NCBI GenBank assembly: GCA_041662745.1
Contig: JBAZRV010000009.1
Coordinates: forward strand, 1 to 13,335
DNA length: 13,335 bases
DNA from: Patescibacteria group bacterium
GTDB lineage: Bacteria; Patescibacteriota; Patescibacteriia; 2-01-FULL-39-33
Direction: 5' to 3'
Of this stretch, positions 1-6,060 are shown in pieces. The position numbers and the translations under genes are program-made. Below the pieces are notes generated by a model. The model was given only the letters and a program-made list of their open reading frames with translations. It ran no database searches and had not been told where the DNA came from. How positions within the stretch are numbered: position 1 is the first letter of the stretch; each line of letters begins with the position of its first letter.

Positions 1-52
1 TTCAGAATTCTGGCTGATTTTAAGGAAAAAATAGAAATCCAAACTTCCAATA

Positions 53-67
53 GCCCGCTGTGCGGGC
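53..67 (-). terminator. GC hairpin (GCCCGC-tgt-GCGGGC) about 38 nt downstream of tRNA-Pro; possible terminator or processing hairpin
   Basis: Perfect 6-bp GC stem with a 3-nt loop. No clean T-run follows directly on either strand (minus strand continues TATTGGAAGTTTGG), so a terminator role is weak. Confidence 0.3.
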
Positions 68-105
68 GTGAAAAATTTGAAAAAAATTCTTTAAGTTTCG
101 TATAT

Positions 106-178
106 TCGGGGTAGCGGGACTTGAACCCACGACCTCGCCGTCCCGAACGGCGCGCGCTACCAACTGCGCTATACCCCG
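106..178 (-). tRNA. tRNA-Pro (anticodon CGG), 73 nt, no encoded CCA
   Basis: The reverse complement folds by hand into a cloverleaf. Acceptor CGGGGTA/TACCCCG; D-stem GCGC/GCGC with loop AGTTGGTA; anticodon stem CGCCG/CGGCG with loop TTCGGGA (C34 G35 G36, G37); variable AGGTC; T-arm GTGGG-TTCAAGT-CCCGC; discriminator A. The C1:G72 pair plus A73 and G37 are typical of bacterial tRNA-Pro. Confidence 0.93.
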
Positions 179-182
179 AAGA

Positions 183-641
183 TTACTGTTTATTTATGAT
201 CTCGTATGCCGCAATGCCAAAGGCCACGGAAACATTAAGCGACTCCTTCATCCCCTTCATGGGGATATGTACTATGGCATCGCAACGATTCAATAATGCC
301 GGCGAGACGCCGGCAACCTCATTGCCCACAATCAAAACCAAAGGAAACTTTGGTTTGAATACCTTAACATTCTGGCTGTCTTTTGTCAATTCCAGAGCCA
401 CAACCTTAAAACCCCGACGCTTGAGTTGTTCCACTGCGCGCCAGGGCTGTTTAACGTATTCCCAAGCCACTGTTTCCTCCGCGCCCAGGGCGACTTTCTT
501 TACTCCTTTTTGTTCGGGAGTTCCGGTAATCCCGCCGAGCCAAACCTGGGCCACCCCCAAGGCGTCAGCCGTACGGAAAATTGACCCGACATTGTATAAG
601 CTTCTAATATTATCACAAATAACATGGACTTCCTTTGACAT
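183..641 (-). CDS. SpoU/TrmH-family (SPOUT) RNA 2'-O-methyltransferase, minimal 152-aa form
   Basis: SPOUT motifs are visible: NVGSIFRTADALGV (motif 1), LIVGNEVAGVS (motif 2), IPMKGMKESLNVSVAFGIAAYE (motif 3). The stop lies 4 nt from the tRNA-Pro 5' end. No Shine-Dalgarno (SD) site. Confidence 0.88.
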   Translation of the reverse strand: MSKEVHVICDNIRSLYNVGSIFRTADALGVAQVWLGGITGTPEQKGVKKVALGAEETVAWEYVKQPWRAVEQLKRRGFKVVALELTKDSQNVKVFKPKFPLVLIVGNEVAGVSPALLNRCDAIVHIPMKGMKESLNVSVAFGIAAYEIINKQ

Positions 642-699
642 AATTATAATCCGTTCAACTTAAATTCAGGCGCCCGAGGCTGTTTTGACTGGGGTTGTT

Positions 700-2052
700 T
701 TAATATTGCAACACCGTCTTAACTTTCTTGAATTCTTTCTCGCGATGGAAAATTATCTTCTTGATGTTATAAGTGCCGTATTTGGGCGCCTCCACAAATC
801 CCTGCATCGCCGCTTCGGCCAGCCAACCGGAATTCAGCCAATCCTTGAGCCATTCGCCCGTATAGCGAGGATCATCCTGATCAATGCCGGCGTTAATCAG
901 CGTCAGCCATTTGCGATTGAACTTTTCCTGGCTGCCGATGGGCGGCGCCATAACAATCGGCAGGCCCAAAGCGCAATAAAAACATAATTCCGACGGCTTG
1001 GTCCACAAAATATCCGTCTCCCTTAAGATCTCGTTGAATTTTTTAAAATACTCCATTTTTCCCGATTCATGCAAAATATGGATGGACCGGTCAAATTCCC
1101 GGCAGAGTTTCAGTTGCTTGCAGGAATCGCGGAAAAATTTGGCTACTTCCTGATTGACGCCCGCCACTAAATTGACTCGCACCTGACCGTCTAAAAGCTG
1201 TTCGCGCAAACCCTCTATGATGGCGATGCCCAATTCGCGCTGTGCGCCGGCGCCACCGACGGCAAAAGTGATAGTCAACGGACGAGTGGCTTTGGTTTTC
1301 AAATTGTTACGGCCCAACTGCGCCACCAGGACTTTTTTGTACTGATTGATATAAACTTTTTGCGGATCCAAGATCGGCAGACGCCGACCCAGATCCTGGC
1401 GCAAAATACTCAAGCTCTTCCCAACGTTTTCCTCGGGCAACGGGAAGCCGGTGAAGATCACCCGCTCCGGCTTGACGCCGTACAACAACAAACGATCGGC
1501 CACGCGGCGGTTGGAAGCGAAATAAATAATCCGGCTTTTGCCCGGCTCCGGCGGCACCCAAGCGCGGGAAATGTCCGCATCGCATAAAATGCAATAGATT
1601 TCTGCCGGATAGTCAAAATATTCGGCCATCATGGCGGTGGCAAAAAAGGTCGTTACAAACGGCAATGGTTTGCGCGATAATTTTTTGATCAAATGCTTAC
1701 CCCATTCGCCTTCCTTAAAAAACTTATAAATCTCTTTCAGTTGAACGGTGGATTTGGACAAATCGCGACGCGGATAAAAACTGGGGATTTCCTGCAACCG
1801 GTCATACAAATCAAACACGGCTTCGCCGACGATCGGCACCATCTTAAAACGGGAAACGAATTCATAAAATACCCGGCTGTTAGTCCAGATATATTTGTCT
1901 TTTTCCGGAATGCCCGGATAAGTATTGGCGGAAATTATGCCGCCCTCGGCAATATCCTTGAACGGATAAGCGGCGCGCTGATGGCCATAACCCATGTCTA
2001 CTGTTACCACCCAGGCCTTGCGAGGCAGAGTTTTTGTTTTTTTAGTCGGCAT
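700..2052 (-). CDS. GT-B fold glycosyltransferase, MGDG-synthase/MurG-like (GT28-like)
   Basis: 450-aa ORF. N-terminal VVTVDMGYGHQRAA resembles the GxGH(R)xA motif of MGDG-synthase/MurG-type enzymes. A mid-protein FAVGGAGAQREL glycine loop marks the start of the C-terminal Rossmann half. Exact substrate is unknown. Confidence 0.6.
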   Translation of the reverse strand: MPTKKTKTLPRKAWVVTVDMGYGHQRAAYPFKDIAEGGIISANTYPGIPEKDKYIWTNSRVFYEFVSRFKMVPIVGEAVFDLYDRLQEIPSFYPRRDLSKSTVQLKEIYKFFKEGEWGKHLIKKLSRKPLPFVTTFFATAMMAEYFDYPAEIYCILCDADISRAWVPPEPGKSRIIYFASNRRVADRLLLYGVKPERVIFTGFPLPEENVGKSLSILRQDLGRRLPILDPQKVYINQYKKVLVAQLGRNNLKTKATRPLTITFAVGGAGAQRELGIAIIEGLREQLLDGQVRVNLVAGVNQEVAKFFRDSCKQLKLCREFDRSIHILHESGKMEYFKKFNEILRETDILWTKPSELCFYCALGLPIVMAPPIGSQEKFNRKWLTLINAGIDQDDPRYTGEWLKDWLNSGWLAEAAMQGFVEAPKYGTYNIKKIIFHREKEFKKVKTVLQY

Positions 2053-2060
2053 ATAACAAT

Positions 2061-2069
2061 ATTATAGCA
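2061..2069 (-). promoter_or_regulatory. Extended -10 promoter (TGCTATAAT) for the glycosyltransferase gene; only 8 nt separate the -10 from the ATG
   Basis: Minus strand reads TGCTATAAT-attgttat-ATG (ATG at 2052..2050). There is no SD and no good -35. The geometry implies a leaderless or 1-3 nt leader mRNA. Confidence 0.55.
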
Positions 2070-2073
2070 CATC

Positions 2074-2101
2074 AAAAACCCCGTTGGCGAGCCAAGCGGG
2101 G
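2074..2101 (-). terminator. Rho-independent terminator after HU
   Basis: Minus strand: CCCCGCTTGG-ctcg-CCAACGGGG (one bulged G) followed by TTTTT. Confidence 0.75.
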
Positions 2102-2128
2102 CTTTGAATTGACTTAATGACGGTAAAA

Positions 2129-2410
2129 TTACAGAACAGCTTCCTTGGCAGCCTTGGCTACGCGGAACTTAACGACGGTCTTGGCCGGAATCTTAATGGA
2201 TTCGCCGGTGGCCGGGTTGCGGCCCTCTCGGGCTTTGCGCTGGACTTTGACCAGCTTGCCGATGCCGGGGATAACGAATTCACCGCTCTTTTTCACTTCA
2301 CTGTAAGCCATGGACACCATCTTGTCCATTAAATCCACGACCTGCTTCTTGGACAGCTCGGTGGCATCAGCCAAAGCGGCGATGATTTGGGATTTGGTCA
2401 TCTTAGCCAT
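2129..2410 (-). CDS. hup: HU/IHF-family nucleoid DNA-binding protein
   Basis: 93 aa with the full HU pattern: MTKSQIIAALA..., GFGKF-like IPGIGKLVKVQRKAREGRNPATGESIKIPAKTVVKFR arm region. Confidence 0.95.
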   Translation of the reverse strand: MAKMTKSQIIAALADATELSKKQVVDLMDKMVSMAYSEVKKSGEFVIPGIGKLVKVQRKAREGRNPATGESIKIPAKTVVKFRVAKAAKEAVL

Positions 2411-2485
2411 AATCTTTGTTATTAGTTGTTTAATTATTTAAGTGCGGTCGCGGCGGCTCAGCGCCGGATTTATCCACATGCTTGA

Positions 2486-2515
2486 ATTATAACGCAAAAC
2501 CTTAAAAAAAGCCAA
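2486..2515 (-). promoter_or_regulatory. Candidate HU promoter, TTGGCT-N18-TATAAT, giving a roughly 70-nt AT-rich leader without SD
   Basis: Read on the minus strand: -10 TATAAT at 2491..2486 and -35-like TTGGCT at 2515..2510. Spacing counted by hand. Confidence 0.45.
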
Positions 2516-2531
2516 TAAAATGTCAATGGCC
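2504..2531 (-). terminator. Weak terminator after the TrmB-like gene
   Basis: Minus strand: GGCCA-N12-TGGCT (5 bp including one G.U) followed by T7. The stem is short, so confidence is modest. Confidence 0.4.
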
Positions 2532-2535
2532 GGTC

Positions 2536-3288
2536 TTATTTCATGGGTTGGGACTGTTGCCAAAGAAAATCGTAAATACTCTTGAAGCTGGCGACTATGG
2601 TCGGATGATGAACCGCGACTACGAAAGGCGGTTTGCCGGAAAACAACACCAAAAGCGACCCAACAAACCATAAAGAAGAAAGAAAATCTATTTTTTCCGG
2701 CATTTCCCTGATAACTATTCTTTGCCGCTGCAGTTTATCATTATCAATCAATTTATAAGTTCCCGCGGGGATCAATGTTTGAGTGGTGATATCCCGTTGT
2801 TTTTTTAATTCCAAAAGAATTTTATAATAATCATCGGAAAATACTTTCTGGTAATTGCCGACATGCGGGGCATCAATCGTATAAATCACAGACTTCTTAG
2901 GCAAACCGCTTAATAATTTCTCAATGAATATTTTAATGCTTTTTTGCGTATCATAGACATTGGCGAAGGGAAAAGCGGCTTCGCTGCGATATAAATCAGA
3001 CAGGAATCCTTCCAGCTCTTCCGCCAAACGAATCTTACGGCCGAAAATTTCTTGCAAAGTCTTAGGCGATTCCGCCCAATAATAAGTCGTGCCCTTATAC
3101 TTGTGGCTGGAAATATAACCGTCAACCAAAAGCTCTTCCAAAATGCTAATGACGGTCGTCCGCGGCAAATTGGCTTTTTTGGCAACACGCGAAGCCGGAG
3201 CTTCGCCTAATTCCGTCACCGACAAATAGGCGTTGATCTTATTGTCCGACAGGCCCAACTCACGCAAATTTTTTTTAATTGCTAACAT
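2536..3288 (-). CDS. TrmB-family winged-helix transcriptional regulator
   Basis: The N-terminus LRELGLSDNKINAYLSVTELGEAPASRVAKKANLPRTTVISILEELLVDGYIS matches the TrmB wHTH pattern (LGLs..e..vY..L...G..ta..ia....vprt.vY.vL..L...G.v). The roughly 170-aa C-terminal domain is uncharacterised. Confidence 0.8.
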   Translation of the reverse strand: MLAIKKNLRELGLSDNKINAYLSVTELGEAPASRVAKKANLPRTTVISILEELLVDGYISSHKYKGTTYYWAESPKTLQEIFGRKIRLAEELEGFLSDLYRSEAAFPFANVYDTQKSIKIFIEKLLSGLPKKSVIYTIDAPHVGNYQKVFSDDYYKILLELKKQRDITTQTLIPAGTYKLIDNDKLQRQRIVIREMPEKIDFLSSLWFVGSLLVLFSGKPPFVVAVHHPTIVASFKSIYDFLWQQSQPMK

Positions 3289-3312
3289 AAACGCTTATTG
3301 CGGCGGCCATTG

Positions 3313-3332
3313 CTGTCGAAAATTTTCGACAG
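3313..3332. promoter_or_regulatory. Perfect 20-bp palindrome CTGTCGAAAATTTTCGACAG; candidate operator, or a leader hairpin
   Basis: Exactly self-complementary over 20 bp. It lies between the -10 TATAAT (3350..3345, minus) and the ATG (3288) of the TrmB-like gene, inside the divergent intergenic region. Confidence 0.55.
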
Positions 3333-3344
3333 TAGCATGCCTAA

Positions 3345-3350
3345 ATTATA
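3345..3350 (-). promoter_or_regulatory. -10 box TATAAT for the TrmB-like gene
   Basis: Consensus hexamer on the minus strand, 56 nt upstream of the ATG. The only TTGACT nearby is 25 nt away (bad spacing), so the -35 is unresolved. Confidence 0.4.
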
Positions 3351-3446
3351 GCTAAACTTAAATAAAAAACGATTAAGTCAAAAAATTTCCTCTTAAAATC
3401 CGACAAAAATTATGCCTCTTTGATATTCTTATAACACCAGAGCGAC

Positions 3447-3455
3447 TGCTATGCT
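3447..3455 (+). promoter_or_regulatory. Candidate extended -10 (TGCTATGCT) for the plus-strand operon
   Basis: It is the only TGnTAnnnT-type element upstream of 3511. It overlaps a CAGAGC-N9-GCTCTG hairpin (3438-3458). No convincing -35. Confidence 0.25.
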
Positions 3456-3510
3456 CTGTCTCAATTGTACCGTAAACATCGCACTTTAACAACCAAGAAA
3501 GGAGCTAATC

Positions 3511-4554
3511 ATGCCTGCGCTTATAACTTTACCCGGGACTTATTCGCCGCCGACCTATGGACATTTTGATATTGCTTGCCGCGCCGCCGAATTATGGGGC
3601 AATCTGACTGTGGTTTGTTCGCGTAATGACGGCAAGAAAAACAATTGGTTTTCTGCTGAGGAATGCGTCCGGCTCTGGCGCGCCTATGATTTGCCAAAAA
3701 ATGTCACGGTTACGACTTTAGAAAAAATGCTTGGGCAATCAACGGACTTTTCGCAATTAGTCATGACGCGCGGCATTCGCGATGATGCTGATTTCCAACA
3801 TGAACACGAGGTTATGAAACTAAACTCCCGCGATTACGGCATTAATAATTATTTTTATTTAATGGCGCGGCCGGAGCTAAAAAATATTTCTTCTTCGTTG
3901 GCGCGTCAAGCGGCTCAAAAATTGGATTTTTCCAAGTTAGCCCAATGCGTTCCGCCTCGGATTGTCAGCTTGATGCTGGAACGGGCATTAAACATTAATC
4001 GCTTATTCTTAGTTACCGGTCGGCCCGGCTCCGGCAAATCCACCTGGCTGAAGGAATTGATTAAATCAGATCCTCAAGCCTATTGGATCAGCGGTGATGA
4101 AATCAGCCAACGTCTGCGTCCTCAAGTCGTTGCCGCTTTCCCCGGTGAAAACCTGTACCATTTAGCCGTAAAACAGGAAGAAAAAATATTAGCAATACTC
4201 AAAACCGCCTGGCTGGAAATTTTGGCCGATTTACTCCGGCAAGCCCCGCCTCAAACCAATGTCTACCTAGAAGTTGCCTATGGCTTAGAAGCTAACAAGC
4301 AACTATACCGTTTAGTGGGCGGACGGGTTATTAATGTTTATTGCCAATCAGCCGAAACCAATCGTCAACGAATCAAGGACCGTGGCACGCCGCAACATTT
4401 GCCCTTTGTAGATAAAATTCCCGATCGTGAAGAGGCGCTTAAGATTGCTCAAGCTAACGGATTGGAACTGATAGAGATTAACACCGATGGAAACCAAGAG
4501 GGCTTGGCGGCTCAAGCGCAGAGTTTTATCAATCGGAACATTAATAAAAACTAA
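3511..4554 (+). CDS. Fusion protein: N-terminal phosphopantetheine adenylyltransferase (CoaD-like, aa 1-160) plus C-terminal P-loop kinase (aa 163-347, possibly a divergent dephospho-CoA kinase)
   Basis: SD AAGGAG at 3499-3504, 6 nt before the ATG. CoaD motifs: PGTYSPPTYGHFD (T/HxGH), TRGIRDDADFQHEHEVMKLN (RGLR..DFEYE...N), ISSSLARQ (ISSS). Walker A GRPGSGKST at nt 4018-4044. By-eye similarity to CoaE after the P-loop: ISGDE versus IDAD, and VINVYCQSAETNRQRIKDRG versus VLVVDVSPETQLKRTMQRD. Confidence 0.7.
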   Translation: MPALITLPGTYSPPTYGHFDIACRAAELWGNLTVVCSRNDGKKNNWFSAEECVRLWRAYDLPKNVTVTTLEKMLGQSTDFSQLVMTRGIRDDADFQHEHEVMKLNSRDYGINNYFYLMARPELKNISSSLARQAAQKLDFSKLAQCVPPRIVSLMLERALNINRLFLVTGRPGSGKSTWLKELIKSDPQAYWISGDEISQRLRPQVVAAFPGENLYHLAVKQEEKILAILKTAWLEILADLLRQAPPQTNVYLEVAYGLEANKQLYRLVGGRVINVYCQSAETNRQRIKDRGTPQHLPFVDKIPDREEALKIAQANGLELIEINTDGNQEGLAAQAQSFINRNINKN

Positions 4555-4575
4555 CTTGTAATCCAAGGAGGCTAT

Positions 4576-4974
4576 ATGGAAAACATTTTTGCCGGCCTGG
4601 TTCTCGGACATCTGACTGGCGATTATTTATTGCAAAACAAACGCATGGCTATCGCCAAATCATCTCCCGGTTGGCGCGGTCGGCTTTGGTGTTTGGCGCA
4701 CTGCCTATTATACACTGCGACAGTAATGGTTTTTCTCGGTAGCGCCAGTCCCGCCGTAGCGCTTATTGTGTTTTTTAGCCACTGGCCGCTGGATCGTTGG
4801 TCACTGGCCGGAAAATGGTTAAAATTCATCGGCGCTCGCGATTTTATGACGGAATTCGCTTCAAGCGGACAATATCGCGACATCCATCTGCCTTTTGCCG
4901 TTTTGGTTTACGCGGTCGCCGACAATGCTCTGCATTTGATCTTAATGTGGCTGGGCCTGTCTTGGCTAATGTAG
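4576..4974 (+). CDS. DUF3307-family integral membrane protein
   Basis: SD AAGGAGG 4 nt upstream. N-terminal GHLTGDYLLQ matches the DUF3307 H-x3-D-[FY]-x-L-Q signature. There are later conserved His residues (AHCLLY, SHWPLD) and several hydrophobic helices. Confidence 0.7.
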   Translation: MENIFAGLVLGHLTGDYLLQNKRMAIAKSSPGWRGRLWCLAHCLLYTATVMVFLGSASPAVALIVFFSHWPLDRWSLAGKWLKFIGARDFMTEFASSGQYRDIHLPFAVLVYAVADNALHLILMWLGLSWLM

Positions 4975-4982
4975 CACCTTTA

Positions 4983-5011
4983 CCCCCGCAGTTGCTTGTG
5001 GGGGTTTTATT
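4983..5011 (+). terminator. Rho-independent terminator of the CoaD-fusion/DUF3307 operon
   Basis: CCCCCGCA-gttgct-TGTGGGGG (8 bp including one G.U), followed by TTTTATT. Confidence 0.8.
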
Positions 5012-5037
5012 GACTTTCCGCAAAAATATGCTATAAT
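5010..5037 (+). promoter_or_regulatory. Near-consensus promoter, TTGACT-N16-(TGc)TATAAT
   Basis: -35 at 5010-5015, TGC at 5029-5031, -10 at 5032-5037. The leader is roughly 50 nt and contains the SD GGGAGG. Confidence 0.75.
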
Positions 5038-5095
5038 TAATTATCGTCAAAACAGGCAAAAAGGACATTAAAATCAACCGACGGGAGGAATAGCA

Positions 5096-5575
5096 GTGAA
5101 AAACAAAATTTCGGCCATGACCGCTTTTCAATTAGGCCTGCTTCTGATCTTGATAATCATCCTGATCTGCTCCTTGGCCACCGGCCGAATGGAGAACATA
5201 CTCCCATTAACTTTTTTCATCGCCATAACTGTCTACTTGTTATTTCTTGAAAGATGGCTCAACGGCCAAGGGATCTGCAACGGTTGGCAATATTTTGATC
5301 TGAACGATGGCAACGATCTGTCCGGGCTGATGCATTCGCCTCCTTGGCCGATAATCAAGAAAAAGATTGAATTGTTTAACCCGGCGATACTGCATAACAT
5401 GAAAATTTCTCCTCCGGAAAAAACAGTCTGGCTGGCGCCGGGAGTATATGAATTGCTATCGTTTGCTGATAGTCTTTGGTGGGAAGACGAGGAAGGCAAC
5501 TACGCTTTATCACCGACAGAACTGAGGGAATTGATTGATAGCGGCCAAGCCCGCCTATTAGAAGGAGAAGAATAA
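5096..5575 (+). CDS. Hypothetical 2-TM membrane protein (159 aa) with an acidic C-terminal domain
   Basis: GTG start with SD GGGAGG (5083-5088) 7 nt upstream. Two hydrophobic helices (FQLGLLLILIIILICSLA; ILPLTFFIAITVYLLFL). No family recognised. Confidence 0.7.
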   Translation: MKNKISAMTAFQLGLLLILIIILICSLATGRMENILPLTFFIAITVYLLFLERWLNGQGICNGWQYFDLNDGNDLSGLMHSPPWPIIKKKIELFNPAILHNMKISPPEKTVWLAPGVYELLSFADSLWWEDEEGNYALSPTELRELIDSGQARLLEGEE

Positions 5576-5973
5576 TGCAAACAACACTGACAGAAAAAGA
5601 CCAGGCTGAGTTGCTCAGCCAAGCTGAATTGGGGAAAAAATTATTCGGTAAAAAAATCAAGGCCAAATACTATCAGGGATCGGCTTTGCTTATCGGGGTG
5701 ATCGCAATATTGGCGCTGGCGCCGTTAACTATCGTAACAGTCATTATTGCCGTTAACCAGCTCCAATGGTCGGTCGCTATCGGGCATACTGCCCTCCTTT
5801 GTCTGCTACTGATCATCGGCTATTGCTTTATGAGATTGTTTAATCAGGTGATATTTGAGTTGAAATGCTACAGGATTTTTTGGTGGGAAATGGAAGACGC
5901 GAAACAGTTAATCAATTCAGGCAAAGCCGTTCCGGACAATGATCCGCCGGGTGCTTCCAACGCCGCCGCTTAG
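5575..5973 (+). CDS. Hypothetical 2-TM membrane protein (132 aa), paralog-like to the upstream gene
   Basis: The ATG overlaps the upstream TAA (TAATG). SD AAGGAG lies 7 nt upstream, inside the upstream gene. Two TM helices. The C-terminal WWEMEDAKQLINSGKA resembles WWEDEE...LRELIDSGQA of the neighbour. Confidence 0.7.
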   Translation: MQTTLTEKDQAELLSQAELGKKLFGKKIKAKYYQGSALLIGVIAILALAPLTIVTVIIAVNQLQWSVAIGHTALLCLLLIIGYCFMRLFNQVIFELKCYRIFWWEMEDAKQLINSGKAVPDNDPPGASNAAA

Positions 5974-5983
5974 CACTTTAAAC

Positions 5984-6019
5984 AAAACCCCTTCGGTTAG
6001 CCGAAAGGGTTTTATTTTT
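5984..6019. terminator. Bidirectional terminator between the convergent plus-strand operon and typA
   Basis: AAAA-CCCCTTCGG-ttag-CCGAAAGGG-TTTTATTTTT. An A-run precedes the hairpin and a T-run follows it. Confidence 0.8.
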
Positions 6020-6060
6020 ATGCAATAACCGAATAATTTATCCGGAGCAAAACTGATCGT

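Noticed and set aside
1-34. Possible 3' end of a plus-strand gene (frame 2 reads ...SEFWLILRKK, with the stop at 32-34)
   Set aside because: Only 10 codons are visible, there is no homology signal, and frame 1 is also open. This cannot be supported from the window.
121-663. 180-aa plus-strand ORF
   Set aside because: It is antisense to the well-supported SpoU/TrmH gene and overlaps the tRNA. It is rich in Pro/Ser/Thr/Arg with no recognisable motifs, so I treat it as a shadow ORF.
685-2067. Several 75-124-aa ORFs (685-987+, 1307-1594-, 1360-1587+, 1693-2067+)
   Set aside because: All are nested within the 450-aa glycosyltransferase ORF, in other frames or on the other strand. They are Arg/Gly/Pro-rich, as expected for off-frame translation.
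2521-2526. Perfect -35 hexamer TTGACA (minus strand) just after the TrmB-like stop
   Set aside because: The nearest TATAAT is 29 nt away, which is too far for one promoter. It sits in the loop of the weak terminator hairpin. TTGGCT-N18-TATAAT is the better HU promoter model.
2438-3188. ORFs 2438-2671(-) and 2910-3188(-)
   Set aside because: They are off-frame overlaps of the TrmB-like gene and the HU leader, with no start-site signals.
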